64,000 nucleotides of DNA from positions 128,001 to 192,000 of the forward strand of contig CBDBHR010000024.1 in assembly GCA_965205865.1 (NCBI GenBank), in the 5' to 3' direction. Position 1 is the first letter of the stretch. Each line of letters starts with the position of its first letter. Position numbers and translations under genes: made by a program. The notes under the pieces were generated by a model, which did not search any database, was not told the origin of the DNA, and saw nothing but the letters and a program-made list of their open reading frames with translations. The stretch is from a bacterium. GTDB taxonomy: Bacteria; SAR324; NAC60-12. Shown here in pieces: positions 29,799 to 41,399 of the stretch.

Positions 29799-31733
29799 CT
29801 ATTTTTTGAAGAACCATTGTTCGGGTAACTGGTATCTGAGACAGCTTGTATCATAGGTATCCGTAAAAGCAGTCTCACTCATATTACGCAAGTTAGCCGC
29901 TGCTACGCCAGGTTTCTTACTATTTCTTATAGTCCCTATTCCCCAAACATACTCGGCTTGTAGCTCCCCAATCTGCCTAATCAAATCCTTCTGTTCCTCT
30001 TTGTTTCCGGAAGCCCACAATTGTGCTTGTAAGGAGTAAAGCTTTTTTACCTCCGCGGGCGGCTCTTCACCGCTTTTACCAAGAGATGTTTTCCACTGTT
30101 GCCACTTGGGAGCGAACCATTCAGAATTAAACATGTGTTGACCAGAGGCCTTCACTATGGGAGCTATTCCTATGGCGCAACCGTTTATGAACACACCTAC
30201 CTCATGCTTTGCAGAGTCTTTCAATTTCCAGACAGCTGCCCTATCCATTTGCTTGACAGTGGCTTTAACACCGACTTCTCCCCAGTAGAGACTTGTCAAC
30301 TCACTGGTCTCAATCCAGGCTATTTCACCCCCGGATGTAACGGTAATTGATACGGTCAAAGTTTTGCCATCAGGTCGGAGCCGGAAACCTTCTCCATCCC
30401 GCTTATCCAATCCCATCTCATCCAGAAGTCTGTTGGCTTCTTTTGGATCATAACTTGCGTACGCTTTGGCAAATCTTTCTTCATAACCCGGGGCATCGCG
30501 TCCGAATGTCAATTGAGCAGGATCGCCTGTCCCATAGTTTACTTTCACATTAACCTCTTGGCGGTTGATAGCCAAAGAGAGAGCTCGTCGGAACCGGACA
30601 TCGCGGAAGATATCACGCTTAACCGGATCATCATCATAGTTCAAATTAAACCAAAAACCGGGATTAGCAGTATAAGCGGTTGTTGGCGTCCAAATACGCA
30701 GGTTATGCTTCTTTATGGCCTCAAAATAAAGGGGATAATCCTCCAGCTTGAACATCCTTTGACCGAAATCAACCTCTCCAGCTATCGCTTTCATACTGTT
30801 TAACTCTGGAGTTGTAGCCATAGTCCCTGTCATTTTATCAATATAGGGGAGTTGGTTGCCTTCCGGGTCTACCTTAAAGTAATAGGGATTTCGCTCCCAT
30901 AGTACATCTAATTCACCAGGTGCCACCTTTTTGGTGATCCACGCAGTGACCGTAGGAAGATCCAAATTTCGCTGTTTACCAGAAGTAAACTCCATTTTCG
31001 CCCTGATTAGCTGCACCCAGCTGTCAAATCCTGCTGCTTTGGCTACCTCATTCGCCTTTTTATTGTACTTGAGGTGAAATTGTTTTAGGTAATGTTTGGG
31101 CAATATCTGAGACTGCCAAAAGCCAAAACATACCCCGGCTAGAGGGAGAAGTACATTTGGATTAGGTGCTCCAAAGCGGAAGCGAAATGTATAATCGTCC
31201 ACCTTCTCTATTTTCGGCAACTCACCACCGGGCGTGACTGTCCACGGCAGGTTTGAGACACCTCCATGATAAGCCGCGAAAAGATCCTTGCTCCAAACAA
31301 TATCGTCATAAGTGAATACCATATCATCAGCGGTGAAGGGTGCACCATCTGACCATCTCATCCCCTTTCTCAAATAGACGGTCAGAACTTTACGTCCTTC
31401 TGAAAACTCCCACTTTTTGGCAACATTTGGCACTATCTCTTCGAAATTACGGTCAAAGAAGAACAAATTTTCAAAGTTACTTTCTGTGGGTTCACCCCAA
31501 TCCAACACAGAAGGCATCATCATCCGCACTGTCCCCCCATACTGTCCAATTTCCTCATAGACTTCAATAACCAAAGGCTCTTCAGGAAGTCTTTCTTCCA
31601 ACGGAGGAAGCTCCCCCGCCTTAACCAATTCCTTCAGCATGGGAGCCTCGTTATACTTTTGCGCCAGTGCTGAAGTCGCTCCCAATAAGCACATTACCCC
31701 AGCCAATAGTACCACCATTAATTTCTTATACAT
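29799..31733 (-). CDS. ABC transporter solute-binding protein, family 5
   Basis: Signal peptide, EAPML..LPPLEERLP, LRKGMRWSDG, RNPYYFKVD. Confidence 0.9.
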   Translation of the reverse strand: MYKKLMVVLLAGVMCLLGATSALAQKYNEAPMLKELVKAGELPPLEERLPEEPLVIEVYEEIGQYGGTVRMMMPSVLDWGEPTESNFENLFFFDRNFEEIVPNVAKKWEFSEGRKVLTVYLRKGMRWSDGAPFTADDMVFTYDDIVWSKDLFAAYHGGVSNLPWTVTPGGELPKIEKVDDYTFRFRFGAPNPNVLLPLAGVCFGFWQSQILPKHYLKQFHLKYNKKANEVAKAAGFDSWVQLIRAKMEFTSGKQRNLDLPTVTAWITKKVAPGELDVLWERNPYYFKVDPEGNQLPYIDKMTGTMATTPELNSMKAIAGEVDFGQRMFKLEDYPLYFEAIKKHNLRIWTPTTAYTANPGFWFNLNYDDDPVKRDIFRDVRFRRALSLAINRQEVNVKVNYGTGDPAQLTFGRDAPGYEERFAKAYASYDPKEANRLLDEMGLDKRDGEGFRLRPDGKTLTVSITVTSGGEIAWIETSELTSLYWGEVGVKATVKQMDRAAVWKLKDSAKHEVGVFINGCAIGIAPIVKASGQHMFNSEWFAPKWQQWKTSLGKSGEEPPAEVKKLYSLQAQLWASGNKEEQKDLIRQIGELQAEYVWGIGTIRNSKKPGVAAANLRNMSETAFTDTYDTSCLRYQLPEQWFFKK

Positions 31734-31931
31734 CGTTTTTCTCCAAAATAAAGTTATAGCTTTTACAAAAGCCGCTTTCGTAAAAGCTCTCAAAAAGAGT
31801 AAAGTGTTAAAAAAAACACTTTTCCGCTATGGAAAGCTCCCTTTTACTCCTCTGCAAATCCAGAAAGAAACATCCTTCAAGCCACTAATCTGGCTTTCCC
31901 GCATAAAGGTCGCCTGCCGCAAGTCTTTAGC

Positions 31932-31947
31932 TTCAAAAGTCATGCCA
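31932..31947 (-). promoter_or_regulatory. Putative sigma54 (-24/-12) promoter for the ABC operon
   Basis: TGGCATGACTTTTGAA vs consensus TGGCACG-N4-TTGCW (two mismatches, one in the -12 GC). Confidence 0.5.
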
Positions 31948-32033
31948 TCCGCTCGAAACGCAGGATTGGCGGGGGCTGAGGGGACCTATGGGAAAGGAGG
32001 CCGCCGGTTTTGAGGTGATTTTTTGGTAAAATC

Positions 32034-32128
32034 GGGCATTTTTGCCCTTCTTAAACACAAAAATGATGTATTTTCGGCAGTAATGTTTTGATATTAAACA
32101 CTAATCTGAAATTCGGGCATATATGCCC
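32034..32128. promoter_or_regulatory. Two palindromes GGGCA-N4-TGCCC, putative upstream activator sequences
   Basis: GGGCATTTTTGCCC at 32034-32047 and GGGCATATATGCCC at 32115-32128, ~90-180 bp upstream of the -24 box. Confidence 0.55.
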
Positions 32129-32184
32129 CATTTGATTATATTTGCCTGAATCAAGCGTTTCGTGGATTTCCGCTTCCAGAAAGA

Positions 32185-32613
32185 CTACAGGCTGTTCAGC
32201 AATTCTTGGATTTCATGAATCAATATAGGTAAATTGGGTTGCGCAAAACTCATTCCTTCTGCAGGAATCCTATTATGTTTCATATCTGGTGGAATATGCT
32301 TGTGATGTGGATGAGTGCTTTGCAAAGTCGAATCATTAGGATGTGGTTGAGAATCGTACCAGTATAGTTTTTTCTCTTTTTGTCGGATCTCATATCCATA
32401 TTCGTCAATGACGGCAGGTATACGATGATAAACAATTCGTTCACGGATGGCGATCCATACATCTTTTGCAAAATACAGTTCTCCCTCCACACGAGCTAAG
32501 GTTGTTCCACGACGGATTAAACGCAAAGTTGAACGTTGGATGACAGGGAACTGTTCGGTGAGTGTGTATATAAACAGCTCGTAGTCTTTGATGGTACGGA
32601 GAGCATTATTCAT
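32185..32613 (-). CDS. DUF6516/TumE-family toxin
   Basis: YWYDSQPHP...STHPHHKH. Confidence 0.75.
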   Translation of the reverse strand: MNNALRTIKDYELFIYTLTEQFPVIQRSTLRLIRRGTTLARVEGELYFAKDVWIAIRERIVYHRIPAVIDEYGYEIRQKEKKLYWYDSQPHPNDSTLQSTHPHHKHIPPDMKHNRIPAEGMSFAQPNLPILIHEIQELLNSL

Positions 32614-32879
32614 ACAGAAACCCGAATCAAACCACTCAAAGTCGGCTTATCACGTTGAATTCGTTGTACTTGGTCACGATAGGTTGCTTGACGCGCTAAC
32701 CACGTTCGAAAGACGCTGGCCCATTCTCCAAAATCTAAGACCCAATTTTCATCTTCAGGTTCTTCACCACTGATATAGGCTGCATAGAATATGTCCGAAC
32801 GAACTCCATACTTTCTTTCAAAATCAAGCAGTTCTTCTTCAAGGGAGTGAATATCAATCAGAATATCTTCAAGAGTCAT
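32610..32879 (-). CDS. TumA-like antitoxin
   Basis: LLDFERKYGVRSDIFY; overlaps the toxin start. Confidence 0.7.
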   Translation of the reverse strand: MTLEDILIDIHSLEEELLDFERKYGVRSDIFYAAYISGEEPEDENWVLDFGEWASVFRTWLARQATYRDQVQRIQRDKPTLSGLIRVSV

Positions 32880-33081
32880 ATAACCATCCTTTAAGTGTGA
32901 ATAGAGCCTATTACTAAATCGGCGATTAACGCCTTCTTTGAGAGTAAGCGTACCGGTTTTCTATGAGTTCTCCAAGCCTGTTTCATTGCTGATCTTTCGA
33001 TGGCATGTCGTTTTCTTCTGCCCGGACGGCGTTCCGCTTCTGCCTCTGGCCTTCCAGGGGCCCACCAAAACAATCTTCCCT

Positions 33082-36000
33082 TTAGGAGGGTTTGAGATGG
33101 TACTGTTTTATTTTTCGATACAACGTTTTAGGATCAACCCCCAGGAGGGTTGAAACTTTGCCCTGGTGCCAGTCATTATCTTCCAGCACCTTGGTCAAAT
33201 ACAGTTTTTCGAGTCGCTTCATGGTGGCATCCAAGGGTTCATTGGTTTCACGCTCCTCAATCGAGACCGGTGGTTCTGTTAGGCTGTCATCGATTAAAGA
33301 GGTATCGAGGAAGTCGAGTTTCTTGAGCGTCAGGTAGCGATGCATGGTGTTGATCAGTTCCCTGACGTTTCCCGGCCAATCATAGGAGGTCAGAGCTTCC
33401 ATGACACGGATGGTGATTTTTGGCAGGTTATTTGAGGAAGGGTGGTTTTGCATAAAATGCTCGATCAAAAGGGGGATATCCTCTTTACGTTTCCTGAGAG
33501 GCGGCAAGTGAATGGGGATAATGTGGATGCGGTAGAAGAAATCCTCCCGTATCAATCCCTTTTTCACCTGTTGTTTTAAATCTTTATTGGTGGCGGCAAT
33601 GATGCGAAAATCGGAGGTTTCCGCTTTAAGGCCGCCTACTGGCGTGAACCCTCCGCCCTCAATAGCACGCAGCAGTTTGGCTTGCAGGTTGGGGCCGATT
33701 TCACCCAATTCATCCAGGAAAAGCGTGCCTTTGTCTGCCAAATGGAGCAGGCCAGGCTTATCCGTGTTGGCTCCGGTAAAGGCCCCTTTTTTGTAGCCGA
33801 AAAACTCGCTCTCCAAGAGGGTTTCCGCAACACCACCAGCGTTGACGGGAACAAAGGGTTTTTCTTTTCTATCACTCATTTCATGGATGGCTTCGGCCAC
33901 CAGTTCTTTACCCGTCCCTGATTCACCATAGACAATGACGCCAACATCGCTAGCCGCCGCCTTTAAGATCAATTCATAAATCTCCTGCATCACGGGGCTT
34001 TTGCCGATGATCTTTCCGAACCGATAACGCTCCTTGATGTTGGAGCGCAGGCGGACATTTTCTTCATGCAGGGCTTCCATCCGGTTTTTCTGCTCCGTTA
34101 CGTCGGAAAGAATCCCTTCGATGAAGCGCAATGCATCAGTCTCGTCATAAACGGGGCGGGCGTGCAGGGATGCCCAGAAGGTGCTGCCGTCTTTACGGAA
34201 AAATTCCACCTCAAAATCCGAAACGGGGCGTCGGTGCCGGATGAGATCCAGGAACTGATGACGCCGCTCCGGATACACATAAAGCTGGTGCCCGACGTCG
34301 GTGATGGATGCCATCAGCTCCTCCGGGGAAGAGTACCCGAAGATTCGGGCCATCGCTGGATTGGCGCTCAGAAAGCGGCCGTCCTGGCTCGTCCGGTAGA
34401 TGCCTTCAGTGGCATTTTCAAATATTCCCCGGTATTCCGCTTCGGTTCGTTTGAGGTTTTCGTGAAGCCTGGCATTTTCCAGAGAAATGGCGATCTGGGA
34501 GGTGAGGTGTTTGATCACCTCGAGTCGCCGGGGGGTGAAGGCTCCCTCAACCAGGTTATTTTCCAGGTAAATGATTCCGGTCAAGGCGGACTGATGAGTG
34601 ATCGGCGCGCACAGGATGGATTTGATGCGCTCCCGTTTAATATAGTCATCCTCGGCAAACCGTTCTTCCCGGGAGGCGTTGTCCAAAACCAGGTGTTCCC
34701 GGGTTTGTTTCACCCAGGAGATGACCGAGAGGGAGAGGGAGAAAGCCTTTTCCACAGGCAGGGAAAGCGGCAGGAAACATTCGACCTGCTCGGCGCTCCC
34801 GCGGGCAGCGATGAGAGACTGACCTTCGGTTTCCAGAAGCAGGGTTGCTGTCTGGGCCCCGGCATTTTCCATGAGAATGCGGAGCAGGATCACCAGCAGC
34901 GGTTCCAACTCGAGGGTTCCGGAGATAGCCTCCGAGGCTTTGAGCATCGTCGCCAGGTCCAGGTTGGCCGAAGGAGGCGCCACTTCTATGTGATCATCGG
35001 CAATCAACCCAGGATATCGAGACTTCAGATGCGCGACCTTCCGTTTTGCCCCCCAGGCTTCGTACTGCTCCATTGCTGCGCGCAGGTAAGACCTGGCGGC
35101 GTCGTTCTGCCCCTGGTTGAGCAAGTACCTGGCTGCCAGTTCATTGGCCAGGGCTTCCTCGTGGATATATTCGCTCTCTCCGGCCAAAGCGATGGCCTGG
35201 TCATAGTGGTACATAATGGTATCGGGTTCACCATCCAAAACCCGCAGCCGCTCGGCTTCCACCAGGTGATGCTTATGCAAATAATTGGGCGGGGCACTGC
35301 GCGCCAGTTTCTCCAATGTATCCTGATTGTCATGAACCCGGGTGAGGGTCTCCTCCTTTTCCCCCTCGCTCCCCTGGTCGCAAACTGCCAGGAGAGCGAG
35401 GGACAGGTAGCAGTTGGCCAAGGGATCAACAAGGGCATCCTTGTAGGTTTTCATCAGGTTGATCATTTCAAAAACCGTCTCACGGGCTGCTTCGTATTCT
35501 TCGAACAGGGTTTGCAGCACCAGCTTTTGGTAATTAAAACTGCTCTGTTCATGATAGACGAACTCTGCACCCGTCACCCTGTGGAATTGATCCATGATGC
35601 CGCTCGACAGGCTCGAAGGTTCCTCCATCAGAATCGTGACCGCCTTCGTCAGCATTTCGACTTGGGGAGACCCGATAATATAATCGATCTTCTCGAGGGC
35701 AAGCTTCAACGTCGACAATTCCCCTTTCAGCCAATTCAGCTCCTTCCCGCACATAAACGCTATACGACACCTTGCGACGGCGCTAATACCGGCATTGTAG
35801 AAATCTCCCGTCTCGATTCCCATCTTATGAGCTTCCAGCAAGGGCTCCAATGACGCCGATAGCGGCTCCCTGTAGAACCGGATCGAGAGGTTGAAAACCC
35901 TGGAAACTCTACAGTTTATTTTCTTCAGAGCAAGCGCTTCCATGAGCTGCATGCCCAGACGACCGAGTTCATAACCAAATTCAAAATCCTGCATAAACCT

Positions 36001-39000
36001 GCAATAGTTTAATCCAAGGAGACAATAGAATTCGGGTGAATATTCCGGATGAAAATGATTGAGCAGCAAAGAGATACGTTTTAATGCGATAGGCTGCCAA
36101 AGACCGTCATCCAAAGTAACCCCAGCCTCTCCATATGCCGTATGGAGCCTATATAGGATAGGGACAAGGATCTCGGCATGCGGTTGGGTGAGCGGCTCAA
36201 AGCGCATCACTTCTTCGACGCTTTTACCGGCCAGGCTGGATTTGATTTGAACGAGGGTCTGCTGCCACTGGTCTAAAGACAAATGGGTGAGATTACACCC
36301 CAATTTCTCCAGAATTTCCTCGCCCGTTTCCATGGCCTTCTTTAATTCACCCCGGGTGGTGTACGCCTTGATCCGGCATCGATAAACGTTGGCCTGGTCC
36401 AGGTCCTCTCGGGTGTTGTCTTTTACGGCACCCGCCAGCTTCTCCATCAACTCGAAGCGGCCGCAGAGCGATGACATCTCCGTGGCCTCCTCATGCAGGG
36501 ATAAGGTTAAGGGGTAATGCCGTTTCCAGGCGGCGGCTCCTGAAAGCTCCAGACCTATGGTAAAATATTCCAGGGCCTGTTCAAAAGCCGAAGCCGCTCT
36601 GGCCTGACGACCGGCTTCCAGGTTCAGTTCTGCCAGATGCAATCGTTCTTTCCATTTATCCTTCACCCTCCGGGCCAGGTTGAGATGGTGAACGATGTCA
36701 AAAAGCAGAGCGTCACTTTCCTCCGGAGCGTATTGCTTGAGCAGGGTCTGACCGATTCGAAGATGGACCGGCTTTCTCTCCTTTTGCGCAATGAGGGCAT
36801 AGGCAGCCTGCTGCACCCGGTCATGCAGGAATTTATAGCCGCCGCCCTCCGCGGTCGATTCGGCGGTCGGATCATCCGGCTGCGGGACCTGGGAAAAACC
36901 GAGGATCAACCCGTTTTCAAGGGCCGGCAACAGGTTCTCATAGATCTCCCCGCTTCCAGCTCCGCTGATCAACTCCAAGGATTCCAGGTCAAAGGTATTG
37001 CCGATGCAGGCCGCCAGGCTCAAAAGTCGCCTGGTTTCAGAGGAAAACCGATGGAGCCGGTCAATCAGCAACTCCACCACATTCTCGGTCACCGCCAGGA
37101 ACTCGATGGCAGCCAGCTCCCAGGTCCATCGTTTTTCCTCAGGGGAGTAACCGATCAGATCCTTCTCGGAGAGTACGGTCAAGAACTGACTCACAAAGAA
37201 GGGATTACCGCCGGTTTTTCGCTCCAGGGCCTCTGCCAGCGGGTTTGCCTCCTCAGGACGGCAGTGGCAGGTATGGACGAGCAGTTGTGAAATGTGATCC
37301 CGGTTCAGGGGCTTTAAGGGGATCGTTTTGGCAGGCAGGCCTGATTTTTTGATCACCTCACTACTGATCATCAGCCGATGATCGGCCTCCACCTCGTTGT
37401 CGCGATAGGCCCCCAGGAAAAGCAGAGGTTTCCTCTCCGGATCCTGAGCGATCTGTTCCACCAGCTTGAGAGTATCAGCGTCCACCCACTGCAAGTCGTC
37501 CAGAAAAATAACCAGGGGATGGGTCTTTTCACAGAAAAGGTCGATGAACTCCAATAAAACGGCAGTGAAGCGGTTGCGGGACTCCAGCGCTCCCATTTCC
37601 GGCAGCGGGGGTTGCGGGCCGATCATCAGCTCCAGTTCCGGGATCACCCGGGTCACCAGTTGTCCGTTGGGTCCCAGCGCTGCCCGTATCCTGCTTTTCC
37701 AACGCTCCATTCCGGATTTGTTTGCGACCGATACCTCCCGGATGAGTCCCCGCAGCGCCTGGATCAGGGCGCTGTAGGGGATATTATGCCGGAGCTGGTC
37801 AAACTTGCCGGAGATGAAGAAGCCGTTTTTTTGGGCAATGGACCTGTGAATTTCACCGACCAGGGCGGTTTTACCGACACCGGCGGTTCCCGAGACCAGC
37901 ACCATCTCGGTCGCTCCCTGGCTGACTCGCTCCAGGGCGGCCTCCAGAGCAGTGATTTCATCCTCCCGACCGTAAAGCCCCGGGGCGATCTGCAGTTCTT
38001 TAGGCATATCATGGCGGCCCAGGGGAAAGTCGGACAGGCTCCCCTGGTTTTCCAGCTGCTCCACACATGCCAGGAGATCGGCTGAAAGGCCCGAATGACT
38101 CTGGTAGCGCGCCTCGGCACGCTTGGCCATCAGTTTCATCACCAGGCGGGAAAGGGTTTTGGGCACCTGCGGCGTTATCTGCTCCAGGGGTACAGGCTGC
38201 CGGGCAATGTGAGCGTGGATGATTTCCATGGCCTCCCGGGAGTGGAAAGGCACTCTCCCGCTGAAAAGTTCGTAAAGGGTGACCCCCAGGGAATAAAAAT
38301 CACTGCGATAATCGAGGGGGCGGTTCATCCGGCCGCTCTGCTCGGTGGAGATATAGGGCAGGGTTTCCCCGGTCAGCTGGGGACTCAAGGTCGTCGAATT
38401 TTCCCGGGGAAGCCGGGTGGCCAGGCCGAAGCCGCTCAGTTTGACCGTTCCCGATGCCGGATCGACAAAAATATTGAATGGGTTGATCATTTTATGAAGA
38501 ATACCCTGCCGGTGCACTTCTTCCAGGGTGCCGGTCAGTGAAACCGCTACCTTGAGGGAGTCCGGCAGGTCGAGCCGGGAGGCGTCCATCAGCTTTCTTA
38601 AAGGGAGCCCTTCGGTGTTTTCCAGGATCAACGCCCATCCCTTCTCATACTGCGCCAGTTCCTCTGACCTGAGGACCCCATCGATCTCGAGATCCCGAGT
38701 GATCTCATGCTCGTGCCGTATTTCCGCCTGTTCCTGCGCGCTCTGCTCAGAGGAAGCCGGTCCCTTGATCAGGACCAAAAGCCCATCCCTTAGCCGCCTG
38801 CCTCGCCAGAGCCGGGTCCGGCTGCTTTCAAGAATGACCTCCTCCAGTGAATATCCCGGTATATCCGGCTTTTTTCTGGCGGGAATCGTCTGCTCTAATA
38901 GCGGAAACAGCTCTTTTACTGGCCTGGGATGCGTTTCCATTCCCTGTCCAGTAGAAATTTCTTCCTTTGACCATTGAGAAATTTTGAAGCTTTTCAGCAG

Positions 39001-39429
39001 ATCCCCCAAGAAACCCTGGTTCTTTTCGATTTCGTGGATTTTTCCCAGCATTCTCCGGGCGGCATGGTAATTTAATCCGATTTTTTCTGATAATTGTTGA
39101 GCCGTCGTCTCCCCATTGCATGCAGCCACATAATAAATCCCCCAAAACCAGTAACGCAGCGGAGTCCGAGTCCGGTGCATCAGAGTTCCCGCGATTAGCG
39201 AAGTCTGGTGTTTACAATTTCTGCATTGCAGTATTTGACGTTTTTTCAGGGCATCGTATCGGTGACTACCGCAGACTGAGCACACATAACCGGCTGGCCA
39301 ACGGAGGTGGGAGAGGTGATTGCGGCAGACTTCATCGTTCGAAAAAAGCTTTTGGATCTCATGAAAGGAATGGGCTTGAGTTGTTTCATCCATTTTGCGC
39401 TCCCACATCTGAGATGGTTTAATGAACAC
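33082..39429 (-). CDS. 2115-aa multidomain sigma54 activator: IS1595-type zinc ribbon/HTH + Ser/Thr kinase-like + AAA ATPase + helical region + GAF + PAS + sigma54 AAA+ + Fis HTH
   Basis: [80 protein letters not shown]. Confidence 0.88.
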   Translation of the reverse strand: MFIKPSQMWERKMDETTQAHSFHEIQKLFSNDEVCRNHLSHLRWPAGYVCSVCGSHRYDALKKRQILQCRNCKHQTSLIAGTLMHRTRTPLRYWFWGIYYVAACNGETTAQQLSEKIGLNYHAARRMLGKIHEIEKNQGFLGDLLKSFKISQWSKEEISTGQGMETHPRPVKELFPLLEQTIPARKKPDIPGYSLEEVILESSRTRLWRGRRLRDGLLVLIKGPASSEQSAQEQAEIRHEHEITRDLEIDGVLRSEELAQYEKGWALILENTEGLPLRKLMDASRLDLPDSLKVAVSLTGTLEEVHRQGILHKMINPFNIFVDPASGTVKLSGFGLATRLPRENSTTLSPQLTGETLPYISTEQSGRMNRPLDYRSDFYSLGVTLYELFSGRVPFHSREAMEIIHAHIARQPVPLEQITPQVPKTLSRLVMKLMAKRAEARYQSHSGLSADLLACVEQLENQGSLSDFPLGRHDMPKELQIAPGLYGREDEITALEAALERVSQGATEMVLVSGTAGVGKTALVGEIHRSIAQKNGFFISGKFDQLRHNIPYSALIQALRGLIREVSVANKSGMERWKSRIRAALGPNGQLVTRVIPELELMIGPQPPLPEMGALESRNRFTAVLLEFIDLFCEKTHPLVIFLDDLQWVDADTLKLVEQIAQDPERKPLLFLGAYRDNEVEADHRLMISSEVIKKSGLPAKTIPLKPLNRDHISQLLVHTCHCRPEEANPLAEALERKTGGNPFFVSQFLTVLSEKDLIGYSPEEKRWTWELAAIEFLAVTENVVELLIDRLHRFSSETRRLLSLAACIGNTFDLESLELISGAGSGEIYENLLPALENGLILGFSQVPQPDDPTAESTAEGGGYKFLHDRVQQAAYALIAQKERKPVHLRIGQTLLKQYAPEESDALLFDIVHHLNLARRVKDKWKERLHLAELNLEAGRQARAASAFEQALEYFTIGLELSGAAAWKRHYPLTLSLHEEATEMSSLCGRFELMEKLAGAVKDNTREDLDQANVYRCRIKAYTTRGELKKAMETGEEILEKLGCNLTHLSLDQWQQTLVQIKSSLAGKSVEEVMRFEPLTQPHAEILVPILYRLHTAYGEAGVTLDDGLWQPIALKRISLLLNHFHPEYSPEFYCLLGLNYCRFMQDFEFGYELGRLGMQLMEALALKKINCRVSRVFNLSIRFYREPLSASLEPLLEAHKMGIETGDFYNAGISAVARCRIAFMCGKELNWLKGELSTLKLALEKIDYIIGSPQVEMLTKAVTILMEEPSSLSSGIMDQFHRVTGAEFVYHEQSSFNYQKLVLQTLFEEYEAARETVFEMINLMKTYKDALVDPLANCYLSLALLAVCDQGSEGEKEETLTRVHDNQDTLEKLARSAPPNYLHKHHLVEAERLRVLDGEPDTIMYHYDQAIALAGESEYIHEEALANELAARYLLNQGQNDAARSYLRAAMEQYEAWGAKRKVAHLKSRYPGLIADDHIEVAPPSANLDLATMLKASEAISGTLELEPLLVILLRILMENAGAQTATLLLETEGQSLIAARGSAEQVECFLPLSLPVEKAFSLSLSVISWVKQTREHLVLDNASREERFAEDDYIKRERIKSILCAPITHQSALTGIIYLENNLVEGAFTPRRLEVIKHLTSQIAISLENARLHENLKRTEAEYRGIFENATEGIYRTSQDGRFLSANPAMARIFGYSSPEELMASITDVGHQLYVYPERRHQFLDLIRHRRPVSDFEVEFFRKDGSTFWASLHARPVYDETDALRFIEGILSDVTEQKNRMEALHEENVRLRSNIKERYRFGKIIGKSPVMQEIYELILKAAASDVGVIVYGESGTGKELVAEAIHEMSDRKEKPFVPVNAGGVAETLLESEFFGYKKGAFTGANTDKPGLLHLADKGTLFLDELGEIGPNLQAKLLRAIEGGGFTPVGGLKAETSDFRIIAATNKDLKQQVKKGLIREDFFYRIHIIPIHLPPLRKRKEDIPLLIEHFMQNHPSSNNLPKITIRVMEALTSYDWPGNVRELINTMHRYLTLKKLDFLDTSLIDDSLTEPPVSIEERETNEPLDATMKRLEKLYLTKVLEDNDWHQGKVSTLLGVDPKTLYRKIKQYHLKPS

Positions 39430-39496
39430 TCAGGGATGAGCTTGATCTGTTTCATCCACTTGGCGCTTCCACATCTAAGATGGTTTAATGAAAACT
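39367..39496. repeat. Imperfect 66-bp tandem duplication at the 5' end of the giant regulator gene
   Basis: TGTTTCATCCA..GCGCT.CCACATCT.AGATGGTTTAATGAA at 39382 and 39448. Confidence 0.8.
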
Positions 39497-39897
39497 TTTG
39501 ATTGTAAATTTTAGATTGGTATAACCTTTCAGATGATTTAACGCAAGAAAAATTATACTTCTTCCATCACAGAAACTTCATCTCTACTACGAAATAATCC
39601 GCCCGAGGAGAGATGAGATGATAAACTGCTTTCCAAAATATTAAGGATATCCGTTAACGCAGCTCAATCTTTCTTTCAGAACTGGCGTTTTCCCTAAAGA
39701 TCCAGTTTGGTGGCCAATCGTCATCTTTATGTTCCTCAATCCAGATTCATCAAATCGATACGAGTCGATGGTTGATTATAATGAAATTTATTTAGTAAAA
39801 TAACCTCAAAAATAAAGTTAGACTATAATCATTGACCATAGTCTTCATTTATATTAAATTTGAAAAATCAATAACCATTTTAGAGAGGAGATTAAGA

Positions 39898-40152
39898 ATG
39901 GAAAATGAATTGGAGGTGATCGCTATTTCAGAATTCAAGGCTACCTGTTTGAAGGTTTTAGAACAAGTACGAAGGACCGGGGATTCCGTATTAATAACCC
40001 GTAGAGGAGACCCGATTGCTCTCATTTCTCCTCCCCCGCCACAAGAAAAACCGTCGTCGTGGTTAGGGATGTTTCAGGGGCAAGGGAAAATCGAGGGAGA
40101 TATTGTTTCCCCAATATTGGATGAAACAGAATGGGAGGTTTTAAAAAAATGA
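39898..40152 (+). CDS. Phd/YefM antitoxin
   Basis: IAISEFKATCL...VLITRRGDPIA. Confidence 0.88.
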   Translation: MENELEVIAISEFKATCLKVLEQVRRTGDSVLITRRGDPIALISPPPPQEKPSSWLGMFQGQGKIEGDIVSPILDETEWEVLKK

Positions 40153-40547
40153 AGTTTCTGCTCGATACCCATATTTTTTTGTGGAGTATATTGGAACCCA
40201 GCAAACTTTCAAAACAAGTCACAGATGTTCTGGAAAACGCATCAAATGAATTTTGGCTATCACCCATTACGACTTGGGAAATCATGATCATGGCTGAGAA
40301 AAACCGAATCACTTTGGATGGCTCCAACCCTTCCGAATGGATAAAAAAAGTTTACTCCAGGATTCCATTCAAAGAAGCTCCCTTGAACCATGAAATCGCT
40401 CTGCAAAGCCGCCTGCTGGATTTACCCCATCAAGATCCGGCCGATCGTTTTCTCGTGGCAACAGCATTGATCTATAACCTGATTTTCATCACTGCTGATC
40501 ACTCAATCCTTTCCTGCAAACAGATCAGGATCCTGCCAAATGAGTGA
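40149..40547 (+). CDS. VapC/PIN toxin
   Basis: LLDTHIFLW, HQDPADR, ITAD. Confidence 0.9.
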   Translation: MKFLLDTHIFLWSILEPSKLSKQVTDVLENASNEFWLSPITTWEIMIMAEKNRITLDGSNPSEWIKKVYSRIPFKEAPLNHEIALQSRLLDLPHQDPADRFLVATALIYNLIFITADHSILSCKQIRILPNE

Positions 40548-40759
40548 TAAATCATCTATCGGTATTTCATTCATAATATGGTTTTAATATGCCGTCTTTT
40601 AATACTTTGACTGACTATTGAACTTCTTGCCTGATGCCTAAGTCGCCTAGTTCTTTTTCCTAAACGGCTTGAAGAATTTGGCTCCCCTGTGAGCCATGAA
40701 AGCGTCAAGGACTAAATCCCTGTTTCCAGCTGGAATCTCCCCCTCGCCAAAGATTTTCC

Positions 40760-40965
40760 CTGGTCTAGCGTCCGATTTCATCTGGGGATGATTGATCGAG
40801 ATCCCTTGGTTCAACAAAGTCAATGGTTTGGGAGCCCTGACGATTGGAAGGAGTATCTCAAGGAGGAGTTCCATCATTTAGAAAGATTTCGAGATCATTT
40901 TCGGACGGGTCGCCCCTTAGGAGATGACCATTTTTAGAAAGGCGGAAGCCATGACCAAACGAGAC
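40760..40965 (+). pseudogene. C-terminal remnant of a REP-associated tyrosine (IS200-like) transposase
   Basis: Manual translation SSVRFHLG...DWKEYL...RDHFRTGRPLGDDHF. Confidence 0.6.
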
Positions 40966-41330
40966 AAGTCATGAATTGCTTTGATCAGCCAATTTTTTAC
41001 CAAAATTGCTTTATCATCCATAAATACGTTTCCCCCTCTGCAATATTTGATATTCTAAGGCAGCAGGAACCTCTGAAAATTTATTAACTTCTTTTCGAGT
41101 TTTTACCAAAATATCTAAAGGATAGGGAATATCTCTGAGGAGACGATAAGCCAGGGAGGCCCTCATGGTCGGTGACAGTTCACTATTTTTTACAATCACT
41201 AATAAATCCAAATCACTGTCTTGATTTGGATTTCCTCATACATGAGAGCCAAAGAAAAATATTTGCTCCGGACAGTTTGAACTTCAACAATTTGCTAAGG
41301 CTGCTTAAATGCTGCCTCTGTCGGGCAAGG
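40965..41330 (-). pseudogene. Decayed MNT-HEPN TA pair (broken MNT; HEPN N-terminal stub)
   Basis: FGSH*GNPNQDSDLDLLVIV, then an overlapping MDDKAILVKNWLIKAIHDL stub from 41021. Confidence 0.7.
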
Positions 41331-41399
41331 GATCAACGATCCCCTGCACCCCAAGTTAACCTCTGGTGATGGTTGGTAATTGAAAGAGAATATTGCTTT

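Noticed and set aside
31800-32000. Possible riboswitch in the ABC operon leader
   Set aside because: Could not identify conserved cobalamin, TPP or SAM motifs; a sigma54 layout fits better
34066-35853. 595-aa plus-strand ORF
   Set aside because: Antisense shadow of the GC-rich 2115-aa gene; no recognisable motifs
39367-39496. 66-bp periodicity as a CRISPR repeat-spacer unit
   Set aside because: The whole unit is duplicated, including the would-be spacer; only two copies
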